Below are positions 33,611-44,806 of a DNA stretch of 64,000 nucleotides, in pieces. This DNA is from Azolla caroliniana (Eukaryota; Plantae; Polypodiophyta): assembly GCA_043228905.1 (NCBI GenBank), contig JBHGNT010000001.1:12028001-12092000 (forward strand), given 5' to 3'. The notes below the pieces were generated by a model, which saw only the letters and a program-made list of their open reading frames with translations, searched no databases and was not told where the DNA came from. Within the stretch, counting starts at the first letter, position 1. Each line of letters starts with the position of its first letter. The translations under genes and the position numbers were made by a program.

Positions 33611-35894
33611 GGGCTTGTCGTTGATTCAAGACTCAAGCATTTTGGAAATATGTCAGGTTCTTATGATCATTGTAAACAATGATCTATTGAGAAGAACCTT
33701 CTAGAAAATGTCACCATTGTTGAAAAGAATCCACAATTGCAAGAAATTCTTTGTCATGGATCTCGTAGTTGAGCTCTGCAGCTTCAAACTTTCGGGAATG
33801 AAAAACGGCAGGGTGTAGCTGTCCATCATTTCCAGTCTGCGATAGGACACTCCCTAGTGCAAAATCGGATGCATTGGCTTCATGGATGAAGTGTTTTGTT
33901 GGGTCGACATGTGTTAAGATAGGTGCCGTTGTAAACACTCTTTTAAGCTTTCGAATGCCTCGGTTGCATCGGAACTCCATATAAATGGTTGATTTTTGTA
34001 TGTGAGTTGAGTGAGTGGAAGCATGACCTTGGAATAATCTTTAATAAATTTTCGATAAAAAATTGCAAAACCGAGAAAACATTGCACGTCGCACACTAAA
34101 AGGGGCATTTGCCACTCTAAAATTTCTTGCACCTTCATGGGGTCCATAGCAATACCATCTGATGATACAACATACCCCAAAAATTCCACTTGATTCTAGT
34201 CGAAACTACACTTTTCTAATTTTGCGTAGAGACCATATTCTCGGAGTTGACGTAGTACTTGACGAACATGTTCATCATGCTCCTCTTGGGTCTTAGAGTA
34301 GATTAAAATATCATCGAAGTAAACTATAGTGAAGATATCGAGAAAGTCTCAAAAAAGATCATTCGCCATATGTTGGAAAACTACAGGTGCACTCGTGAGA
34401 CCGAATGGCATCATAGTATACTCAAAATGTCCATAGTGAGTGTGAAAAGCAGTCTTCCATTCATCCCCTGGATGAATATGAACTAGATAATATGCACCGT
34501 GAAGGTCCAACTTCGTGAAATATTTTGCTCCACTAAGATGTTCCAAAAGATTCGGGATTTAATGGTAGAGCAAATCTATTCCGGATAGTCACTTTGTTTA
34601 GCCCTCGATAATCCACGATGAACCAAAGAGTCCCATTCTTTTTCTTAACGAAGAAGATAGGGACACCAACAGAGGATCTAGAATGCTGAATGAATCCGTT
34701 TGCCAGATTCTCATCAATAGGGCAGGCGTATGGCCGATACTCCGGTAATGTATTGGCATTCACCTTATCAAAGACGTTTAAGAACTCTTTGTATTTCTCT
34801 GGTAGTTTTATGTTCGCTTCATGTAAAGTGGATGATGGAGTTGCTACTATTGTGAGGACGAACATGGCTTGATTCCCCCCCTTCCTCATGCAACTGTCGT
34901 AGAGAGATGTTCGATAACTTAGGGGATCTAGTATCACATGTCAGAGATTTGAGGGATGGGGGGTTTGTGCTTTTTTCCGAGGTCTACTCAATTGTTCTTT
35001 TCATCCAATCAATGTTTGGGTTATGGAGTTCAAACCAAGGGAGACCTAGAACTATTGGGTGTTCTAGACTGTGAATAATGTTGAAAGAGATTATGCTTGT
35101 GAAATCGCGAAGAACTATCCGATTTGGCTCGGAATCCTCGACTATATCTCCTAATGCTATGGGACGGCCATCAACAACTCCTACGGCTACTAGGCTTGGG
35201 AGCTTATTCAAGAGAATGTTTTGTGACAATGCAAATTCATGATCCATGAAACAAGAGTTAGCTCCAGAATCTAGGAGGGCAAAGGCTAGGACTCGATGAC
35301 ATGTAGATGTGGTAAGCTCGACTTGTGCGGAAAAAACTCTACTCACTTGATTTGATGAAATGGAACCACGACTAGGAACTATCTCTACATAACTAAGATG
35401 GTCCAACCAAATGGATCCTATTTTGGCCAGACTTACTCGTTTAACACATCCTCTAATTGGCTCAAGACATCGAATCTATTCTCATGGCATGGACTATGAG
35501 GCTTACTTCTGTTATTAGAAGTAACAATGGAACTCGAAGTAGGATTGTCATGTGCACTTACTTGGTATACTTTACGTCTAGGTTTATGTGGAAAATTTAC
35601 GGCTATATGTCTTGGACCACCACAATACAAGCATAGGCGATGTGCTCGACGTCATTACTTCTCAGTATCTGATAAAGTTCCACGATGTTGTGTTAACTCT
35701 GCCATCGGAGTTGGGCCATCCCTTGCAATGGGTCTAGAAATTGGTGGACGCATTGCGACTATGGAAGCGTAAGTCATTAGTTAGTTGGCGGCGTAACATT
35801 TGTTGGCACTTAGAACGTCGCTCAAATAGGCAATTATCACAATGCACAGCTCGACTAATGGCCTCTGTAAGCAACGTCGGATCTTCAGGGAAAG

Positions 35895-38486
35895 TGTTGA
35901 GAGATCAAGCTCAACTTAGTTTAGTTAGTTAGTCAACCATGTAACTTCGTAGTTACCTAGATAGAATCTAGTTAGAAGTGTTGACTATAACGCCTTAAAT
36001 AGGACCTTGTACTTAAGTGGGATATTCTAGATCTTCCACTCCTAAGTACATTTAGTATAGGACTTACACTGTAGTACCTATATTCTACTCACACATGTGC
36101 ACCTTTGCACATGAGATGTATATATACCTCATTGTAGGTTATTTTGTATTTTGATGATGATAATGCTAATTTAATATACTTACTCATCCCCCATCTTGTG
36201 TTGTTAATAAGTGTACCTTTCTCTCTCTCTTCCTCTCACACACATACACACACATATCACTTAATCTTCTGCTTTTAACTTAATCACATAATTAGGTACT
36301 AATTAACCCATACTTACTTACCTAATTCTTAACATGGTATCAGAGCATGTCATTTAGTAAATCCACTAAGCCGACGACAAAATTCGACTATCAGCTATTG
36401 TAGTGCCGCTACGTAGCACGTGATTGTGTGTTCGATACGTCAACGACAAAATCCGGCTATCGGCTACTGTAGTGCCGCTACGTAGCACGTGTACGTGATC
36501 GAAGGAAGAAAAGAAAAAGAAGACAAGACACTACAATCAACATGAACACACAAATGGGTAGCTCGCTCCTTAGCGAAAAGCTAGACCAGACCAATTATTC
36601 ATCTTGGGAGTATAAGATGACCCAATACCTCGTCGGCCAAGGGTATTGGAGCTACATCAACGGCGCTCAAGAAAATCGACCCAACTCAAAGAACGCCAAC
36701 TATGCAACATGGGAGCAAGCGGCTAGTTGAGTCATGTATTGCTTGGCAACATGTCCACGACCACATACTTAGCCATATTCGAGACGCCAAGACGCCTAAA
36801 GAAGCGTGGGCGAACTTAAAGAAAATGTTTGCCACCAACACAACCACCCGAAAGCTTCAACTCCGACAAGAGTTGAATAACATTCGACAAAAAGACATGA
36901 TTGTGTCGGACTACACTGCCAAGATCAAGAGCATTTGTGACTCACTTGGCTCCATCAACATAAACATCGATGAAGACGAGATGGTTCAAGTATGCTTGGG
37001 CGGCCTCGCACAACGATTCGATCCATTACGGACGGCAATCTTGGCGAGAGAAAACCCTCCTTCATTCTTCGACCTCCAATCAATGTTATTGGTCAAAGAG
37101 AACCACGTCCGAACCAAAAGGAAGACGTTGGAAGGAAAAATGTTCTCGAATTCGGACAATGGCCGAGGAGGAGGTCACGGCGGTAGAAGAGGTCAATTTG
37201 ACCCATCACACGAAGGGAACTCAAACCTTGGACAACAAAACAGAAGCCATCAAGGAACATTTGGAAGAAGGGGGAGCTTCCATGCCGAACAAGATCGGGA
37301 AATGAGGCCTGCAACTTGCAACTATTGTGGCAAAATCGGCCACCGCGAGGAGTGCCGAAAAAGAAGAAACGAGTCAGCTTCCACAAGTCAACAACTCACG
37401 AATTACGCCGTCAACTCCGAATACGATGATTATGGCAGACTATTCGTAATGAGGCATAGAACGAACTCTATGTCGGCCTCCAACTCCGCAAGCACCTAAG
37501 AAAGTCTGATTACAACAAGACCTACTGGGCCACAATAGCCCCCACACGACCCAAGCACGTCGCGGCCAAGTACGAACTTGGACAAAGGCAAAGGTAAGAT
37601 GCCCGAATATGAAGTCGACCACCCCAACGACAATGATTCGGATGGATCGGCTCCCTCACTAGATAGTGTGTTTGGTGTACCCATCATGCGTACACCCAGA
37701 ATAAAGAAGGCTCTTACATCGGCAAGTGAAAAACTTCGACGCTCAACTAGAGCTAAGAACCCCGTCACTCGGCACAGCTACAACGAGTACATGGCCCATC
37801 ACTATGCCTTTGCGATGAAGGTAGCGGCCGAACAAGAGCCCAAAAGCTCCATCGAAGCAGCTCGTAACCCACGATGGGTGGAAGTAGTCAACCTTCGCCC
37901 ACACACTACAAGCCTTCCTCACGGGCTTGAGGGGGAGGAACCGAGATTGCCACGGCAAAGAAAGCCGAAGGCCAGACGGAAGCACATGAAGCCGACGAAA
38001 GCCAAAGCGGATGTCGGACGCCTCACACTTGAGCTTTAGGGGGCATGTTGAGAGATCAAGCTCAACTTAGTTTAGTTACTTAGTCAACCATGTAACTTCG
38101 TAGTTACCTAGATAGAATCTAGTTAGAAGTGTTGACTATAACGCCTTAAATAGGACCTTGTACTTAAGTGGGATATTCTAGATCCTCCACTCCTAAGTAC
38201 ATTTAATATAGGACTTACACCGTAGTACCTATATTCTACTCACACATGTGCACCTTTGCACATGAGATGTATATATACCTCATTGTAGGTTATTTTGTAT
38301 TTTGATGATGATAATGCTAATTTAATAACTTACTCATCCCCCATCTTGTGTTGTTAATAAGTGTATCTCTCTCTCTCTCTCTTCCTCTCACACACATACA
38401 CACACATATCACTTAATCTTTCGCTTTTAACTTAATCACATAATTAGGTACTAATTAACCCATACTTACTCACCTAATTCTTAACA
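35895..38486 (+). mobile_element. Non-autonomous copia derivative L (gag only, TR-GAG-like), 2.6 kb
   Basis: LTRs 35895-36334 and 38046-38486. TSD GAAAG. PBS TGGTATCAGAGC at 36335-36346 and PPT at about 38038-38045. No PR, INT, RT or RH catalytic motifs. Confidence 0.93.
36542..37499 (+). pseudogene. gag: copia gag of element L (one stop and one frameshift)
   Basis: EKLDQTNYSSWEYKMTQYL...KTPKEAWANLKKMF...CNYCGKIGHREEC. Confidence 0.9.
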
Positions 38487-39189
38487 GAAAGTAAGGAGAA
38501 GATCTTTGCCATCATTACGCAAACCCTGACGGAATTGATACATTAAGGCCACTTCATCCAAGGGATATCAAATCCCAAGAGACGGAAATCAGCTACGTAA
38601 GCCGACTCGGGATGATCTCCTTGTAGGAGCCTTCAAATCTTGTTTATCGCTATCCTAGTGTTGTCGGTGTCTCTAAAACTAGCTTGAAACTCCTTAACAA
38701 ATGCCTCGAAATCCTCCAACAACAATGATTTCTTCTCAAGAAGTAGGTCATTCTAGAATGTAGAGTAATATAGAATATTCCTATGATATTAGATTATATA
38801 TTCTAAAAATTATACATATAAGAATATTAATACAATGGTTAAGAATTTGACATGCGTATAACAATGTTTTGGGTTCAAATCCTTTCGAGGCATGATGTGA
38901 GTGTCATCATGACACTATCTACCCAATCCTTTCATGAACGCAATATAGAAGACTTTGGAATATTCTAGGTCATCCTAGAATGTAGAGTATTCTAGAAGGT
39001 TCTAGTGTATAGAATATTCTAGTCATTGTAGAATGTAGAATAATATAGAATATTCCTATCATATTAGATTATATATTCTAAAAACTATACATATAAGAAT
39101 ATTAATACAATGGTTAAGGATTTGACATGCGTATAACAAGGTTGTGGGTTAAAATCCTTTTGAGGCATGATTTGAGTGTCATCATGACA

Positions 39190-40890
39190 ACCGTCTTTTC
39201 CGAAACTTTCTCCACCGGCTCTTGTCTCCGGGTATCCGGCATTTCTTCTTGTTGCCGAGACAAGTCCCTTGCTATCCATCCGGGGTTGTGTTTTGCTAGG
39301 AGCTGCTATTGTTTGGATGGCTTGTTGGGCATGATCTCCGATCGGCCTCGCTTCTTCGACTTGATGGTGTGTGTGGGAGGTAACAATATCGTTAGCCACT
39401 ATGCTAATTCACCCCATCCTTTCTTCCCATTCATTACGGACGCGACTCCCACCCGTAGTGAGTCGCTCACTATCACCACTTTGAGCTGCTCTATTTCCGT
39501 TTTGGCCATCCTCCAGAGCTTGTCTTTTTCCTGCAGCAGCTTTTCTCTTTCTTCCTTCAGTTGGTTGTTGTTTGCATGACTCTTCTAGAGATTTTCCTCA
39601 CTCCTCCGTTTCTCTTCTTCGTCTATCTTCCTATGTTCTCTTTCTCGCTCTCTTAATGCTTCTTGAGCACCTAATTCCTCCCTTAATGTTTGCATTTCAC
39701 GTTTCGGCTCAACATCTTTTTCCGGAGCTTTTCTGGCCACCGGTTCTGCATCCGTTTCCAAAGCTTTCTTCTGTAAATTAGCCAGTTCTAACGGCTCTGT
39801 TCCGGAACTTGTATCATGGTCTATTTTTGACATGAGGTCCCCAAACTCCTTGGCCCTTTCCAGCTCCTCCTCTAGGCTCCGAATCTAATTTTGGGCGTTA
39901 TTCAATTCTTCGGTTGTTGTCCGCAATTGTTCCACCCGTCTCCGCTCCATCCGTTGCTCTTCATCTATCCGGTTAGGCACACCGGATACCTGCTTCCCAT
40001 GCCATTCTAACCATTGTCGTAAGTTCTAGGTTGTGTGAGGGAAGCGAACTGTTGTATTGGCTCTGGCCTTGCTTCTTGCTTCCCCCTTAGTCATTGTGCA
40101 AACGGCTCCACTTGCTCCGGTGTCCGCTCCAGTCAGCGTTCCTCCTCTTGTTGCTGCCCTAGAAGACCCGGTGTTGTATGTCCTTCTAACTCCGGTTCCG
40201 GTTGAACCGTCTCTCCAGCTTCTAGTTTGTTGGTTGGCTTCGTGTCCGGTCTCAGTTCCACCACTGTTGAGCGGGAAATCGGTGTACTCTCCTTTTCCGG
40301 ACCCAATCCTTCCCCCTGCTGCTTACTGTCCCCCTTTCTTCGGCAACACTAGAGGGTTTCGGTTGGTTCTTCTTGAGTCTCCTCTTCCGTGGTTTCCTGG
40401 TTTACCTTGTATACCAGTTCCTGTTGGTCTTTGTCATGTCGCACCTTCATCTTGATCGGTGTTGCCGTCTTTTCCGGAACTTTCTCCACCGACTCCTATC
40501 TCCGGGTATCCGACACTTCTTCCCTTTGAGACGAGTCCCTTGTTGTGCATCCGGGGTTGTGTTTTCCTAAAAGTTGTTGCCGTTTGGATGGCTTGTTCCG
40601 CATGATCTCCGGTCGGCTTCGCTTCGTTAGCTTGATGGTGCGCATCGGAGGTAATAATATTGTTAGTCGTAGTGAGTCGGTCACTATCACCGGTTAGTCC
40701 ACCTTAAGGCCTTCAAATGTGGCGATGATGAAACCGGCCCTTTTCTTCGGCATAGCAAACGAACCCATACTCGAGTAAATACCCGAGCCACTTCCCGGAA
40801 TAGGAGATTTTTTATGCCCTGTGTCTGGTACACCTTGCTGGCAGTTACGGGCATGACCATATAATATCCCGTGGTGAGAATTTACCGTAG
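39190..40890 (-). pseudogene. Decayed ORF for a coiled-coil/low-complexity protein, probably an accessory ORF of an older retroelement
   Basis: The minus-strand frame reads ...GFIIATFEGLKVD*PVIVTDSLR... then E/K/R-rich heptads (ELNNAQN*IRSLEEELERAKE; QLKEEREKLLQEKDKL). Internal duplication of about 39190-39400 and 40460-40670. Confidence 0.5.
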
Positions 40891-41554
40891 TATTCTATAC
40901 ACGTGGATAAGTGTGAGGGTTAAATGAGAGTGTAAAGAAGGGGAGGATTACTTTTAATCCTCCGGATTGAGACAACCCGTTAGGCCAAGTGTGAACTTGC
41001 CTAGGGCCCTTCGGTATCGCTATAAATAAGAGGCCTAGCTACTCTCATTTCATCATCTTGTTGACTACGTCGAGACTCTATTTTGTGGTGGATCAACTAT
41101 TGTAGCAAGTGCGCCAACACCAGGTACGACTCGACGCCACGGAGGTGGTATGGGACGCCGATCGAGGCTCTAGTCCGTCTCGATCCCTTCGCTCAGGGGT
41201 GGTAGGGTGGATCGACACCCTTCTTCCTCTCTCTCCTTTCTATCTAGATCTATCTTTTATCCTTATTTTATGCTTACATTAGTTCATGTCTCTAATAGTT
41301 GGTTTTAGAGCCTATGTTCTAATGTTACTTTTGTTGTCTTTTGTTTTGTTGATTGATGGTGATCAATCGATGTGCGGTCGGCCTTGATCTAGTCAAGGAT
41401 CAACAAAGGAACTTTGGTAACTCTTTCCTTATTTTATTTTTCTATTTTTTCTTCTCCCATCTAATCATGTGTATAGTCTATATGAAATTGTTTTAATTAA
41501 TTTAATGATGTTGTAGTGGTAATTAATTGGTTGTATAAAACATTTACATATGTG

Positions 41555-41812
41555 TATGAGGTCAATACCTCATTTGACATATATTGAATATGTGATTAGT
41601 GTCGCATGCGCACAAGGTTAATACCTCAATTGCGTATTACGCTCACATACATATGTTACGTATGCATATGAGGTCAATACCTCGATTTCGTTGTAAATGA
41701 TATGCGTTTGGTTTCGTGTGTGTAAGAGGTCAATACCTCAATTGCGTATTACGATGAACTCTTATTTTTGGATGTTTCGTTTGCGTAGAGGTATAAGCCT
41801 CGATTACGTATC
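41555..41812 (+). repeat. Five degenerate units of about 56 bp, each with a GAGGT-CAAT-ACCTC hairpin, in the leader of M
   Basis: GAGGTCAATACCTC-like motifs at about 41558, 41613, 41670, 41726 and 41788. Confidence 0.75.
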
Positions 41813-42537
41813 TTGATTATATCATTTATGGCTATTTGATGGAACGATTTGTTTAATATACGCATATGTGGTCACGTGTATACGTATTTGATCGTATATA
41901 TGTGATAATATACATATGTGTATATAAGTTATTACGTTGTCGTGAAGAATTTCGGCCAGAGGCGAAAACCGGGAAACATTGGCTACATCGGCGGGGTGCA
42001 GCGTGTGTACGCACCCATGTACATTTAGTGTGAATATCGAGGGCGCCTTTAAGGCGCCGACGAGTAGTCAAGTCGGGACAAACGATCCCATGTAAGTCGG
42101 GATTTGTCCCACATTGTAACGCATCCCTTTCCTTGTTCTATAAAAGGAAGGGAACGCCCTTTGTGTAAGGGTTGCCCATTTTGCATTAGCGGGTATACCG
42201 TTAGGTTTAGAGTTAGGTTTCTTCTTCTTCTTCTTCCCCTTCGTGTTTGCTTAGGGTTTGCTTTGGTTCGGCCTCCTGTGCAAGACCCCGCTCGGTGCGA
42301 CGAGCTGAGAGCTCCCCGACGGCGGCTTGACAGCAGACGACTACTGTAACCTACCTCAGTCCGGCTCGACGCCGGGAATGTATTCTTCCCTTTATATATA
42401 TATATATACGTTTGTCTGTGTATATTCGCGTTGTTGTTGGCGTCGGGTGCTTACCCTCTCCTGCGTTTTCTGTACATAAGGCGTGAGTCGGGTTGGGTTG
42501 TGCGTGTGTGCGTGTGTGTGTGAGTCGGTGTTAAGCA

Positions 42538-42575
<38 letters not shown>

Positions 42576-42709
42576 TCGGTTGCTTCCGGTGTGCTTCTGG
42601 GATGCCCCGGAAACGGTGAAGTGCGACTTCCTACGCTCCATCCCTCCCTAGTCCAAGACCCCCGTGGTCCCGCATTTCCCCACGCACGCGCGTAACAACG
42701 CGACATATT

Positions 42710-42727
42710 TGGTGAACCCGACGTGAA
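42710..42727 (+). promoter_or_regulatory. PBS, tRNA-Trp
   Basis: TGGTGAACCCGACGTGAA is an 18-nt complement of the plant tRNA-Trp 3' end (recalled sequence). Confidence 0.85.
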
Positions 42728-42742
42728 AGGCGGCAAGGGAGG

Positions 42743-44005
42743 ATGGAGTCGGAAGACGACGACCTTGCGGAGATGGTGGCCAAAGTGGTGTTGGAGTCGG
42801 CACAAGTGGTGATGAGGCGAGAAGCAGCGCAACAGGCGGTTGAGCGAGTGGTCGAAAGAGTCAGCCGTTTCAACGGTGACAAAGTCCCATCTTACTTGGA
42901 AGCCTACAACGCGGAAATGGAGGAGCGTGGCGTAGACGAGGCGTTGAGGCTGAATTTTTTCTGTCGGGTCGTGGCTGTCCGGATGCATGTGGAAATAAAG
43001 GAGCTCCGTGAGGCTCATAGTTCGTGGGAGGCCTTCGAAGAGGCGCTCTTGAAGGCATACGGAGGACGGCGGAAGAGCCGGGGACGACACGACTTTGACC
43101 AGTGGGTAGCATCGGCAAAGACCCACCGGGGCGCGACCAAGGCGTTCCGAGAGTTCGAGCGACGACTTGCTCGGCTCCCGAAGCGGGAACAAGGTTTGGT
43201 GGGGGCGGACAAGGTCCTATTGTTCGTCAGGTCGATCGACCGAACGAAACGGGAAGCCGTCGGGATTGAGCTCGAAGACGATGACAGAGCGAATGGGCTT
43301 ACGGAGGACTGGTCGAAGGTCAGAAGGGTGTGCCAACGGCTAGACAACGAGCGAGCCAAGAAGGCTAAGATGAAGGGACGCGACGGCGTGCCATCACAAC
43401 GGGAAGAGGCCAAATGGCAAAGAGAGTCGGCAAGGGTCAGCGTTGGGGCCAGGATTGCGGAGGCGTACGCAGCTCTCGAGGCGATGCTCGAGGAGGAGGA
43501 AAGACGGAGGCCGCAAGCCGAGACTGAGAAGACGGACTTGCCCCACGCGACGGCGGAAAATCGGTACCACGGTACCACGGGAGAGGGTGCGGAACGAAAC
43601 GCCCTCTCGACTTGCGGAGATAGAACGGCCAAGGACGAGGCCGAGATACAGATCGCGGAACTGGAACGTTGGGACCAGCGGTTTTGGGCGTGTCAGCCCG
43701 AGATCCCGGTCATTGGAGAAGCAAGCCCAGACGGGGCTTGCGCGATCGGTAAGAAGACGACCGCCGACCACGGAGAGTCGGTGGCTACGGACAGAAGCGT
43801 AAAACGGACGGGCGATTCTTTGTGCCTTCCCACACTTGCTCCCGAGACGATAGCAGTCGGGCCTGAGTGCCCACGTAAGTCTGAAGCGGAGGAAGGCGGC
43901 GGCGATAGACTGAGAATCACCGGCGAGACGATACGGGGAAGGAACGGACGAGCCCACGGACCCGATTCCGGAGAACTCGGCATTCGGGCCCGTATGCCCA
44001 TGTAA
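42743..44005 (+). CDS. gag: Gag-like protein (420 aa; conserved N-terminal capsid-like half, low-complexity tail)
   Basis: The ATG is 15 nt after the PBS. FNGDKV..YLEAYN.EME, SWEAFEEALLKAY, FDQWV and LLFVRSID are conserved with element B. No CCHC motif seen. Confidence 0.7.
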   Translation: MESEDDDLAEMVAKVVLESAQVVMRREAAQQAVERVVERVSRFNGDKVPSYLEAYNAEMEERGVDEALRLNFFCRVVAVRMHVEIKELREAHSSWEAFEEALLKAYGGRRKSRGRHDFDQWVASAKTHRGATKAFREFERRLARLPKREQGLVGADKVLLFVRSIDRTKREAVGIELEDDDRANGLTEDWSKVRRVCQRLDNERAKKAKMKGRDGVPSQREEAKWQRESARVSVGARIAEAYAALEAMLEEEERRRPQAETEKTDLPHATAENRYHGTTGEGAERNALSTCGDRTAKDEAEIQIAELERWDQRFWACQPEIPVIGEASPDGACAIGKKTTADHGESVATDRSVKRTGDSLCLPTLAPETIAVGPECPRKSEAEEGGGDRLRITGETIRGRNGRAHGPDSGELGIRARMPM

Positions 44006-44586
44006 GACCGAGGAGATGGATGGCGGTACCGAGGAGTCCTGGCACGATGCCAGTGAAGACGGATGGGAAACGGCCTGCGAGGAGGCCGAGGACGGACACG
44101 GCACGAGGAGATCGGCATTCCGATACGGATGGAGCAGAATCCGGTCGTGGATCGTTCGATCGGGGCCGGATTCGGCATGAAGGTGCCGATACGGGAGAGG
44201 GTGCAGGACGAGCCACCCTCTTTTACATGGGGAGAAAGACCGGTCGGGCGAAGGTCGAGATTTGGAAGGAGAATGAAAGCCGGTCCTATGGGATTCCTTA
44301 CACCGATCCGGCTGCAGGCCTGAGTGCCGGCGTGAGTCCTATAAGAGAGATCGGTGGCGATAGGAGAACGGGACTCGGCAATCCGGAGAAGGACGAATGA
44401 ACCCGAGCGAGAACCGGGCGGAACGAACTCCCGGATGACCATTCCGGGAGGGAGGAAGAGAGTTGGCCTACGAAGAGGCCGAGGACACGGTACGTCGGTA
44501 CCACGGGAGAGGGTGCGGAGTAAACCGCCCTCTCGGCATGCGGAAAAGGATGACCCGGGACAGGGTCGAGAAGGCGACGAACGCCC

Positions 44587-44806
44587 ACGGAGGATCCTTC
44601 ACACCGGTTCTAGAGACTTCGGCAGTCGGCAACGCAGTCGACGTAAGACCAAGATACTGACGGTGGCGGCGAGGTGACGAAGGCAAGGGCTACGAATCGG
44701 CGGTCTACGGAGGATCCTTCACACCGGTTCTAGAGACTTCGGCAGTCGGCAACGCGGTCGACGTAAGACCGAGATACTGACGGTGGCGGCAAGGTGACAA
44801 AGGCAA
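44587..44806 (+). repeat. 120-bp tandem duplication within element N
   Basis: ACGGAGGATCCTTCACACCGGTTCTAGAGACTTCGGCAGTCGGCAACGC... occurs at 44587 and 44707. Confidence 0.9.

Larger units (their letters stand above)
33610..39189 (-). mobile_element. Truncated Tcn1-like chromovirus K (gag-PR-RT-RH) with two partial LTR U3 ends (38747-38914 and about 38930-39189)
   Basis: [30 protein letters not shown] and YCGGPRHIAVNF are homologous to element E. Both LTR ends read ...CATGACA. Confidence 0.85.
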
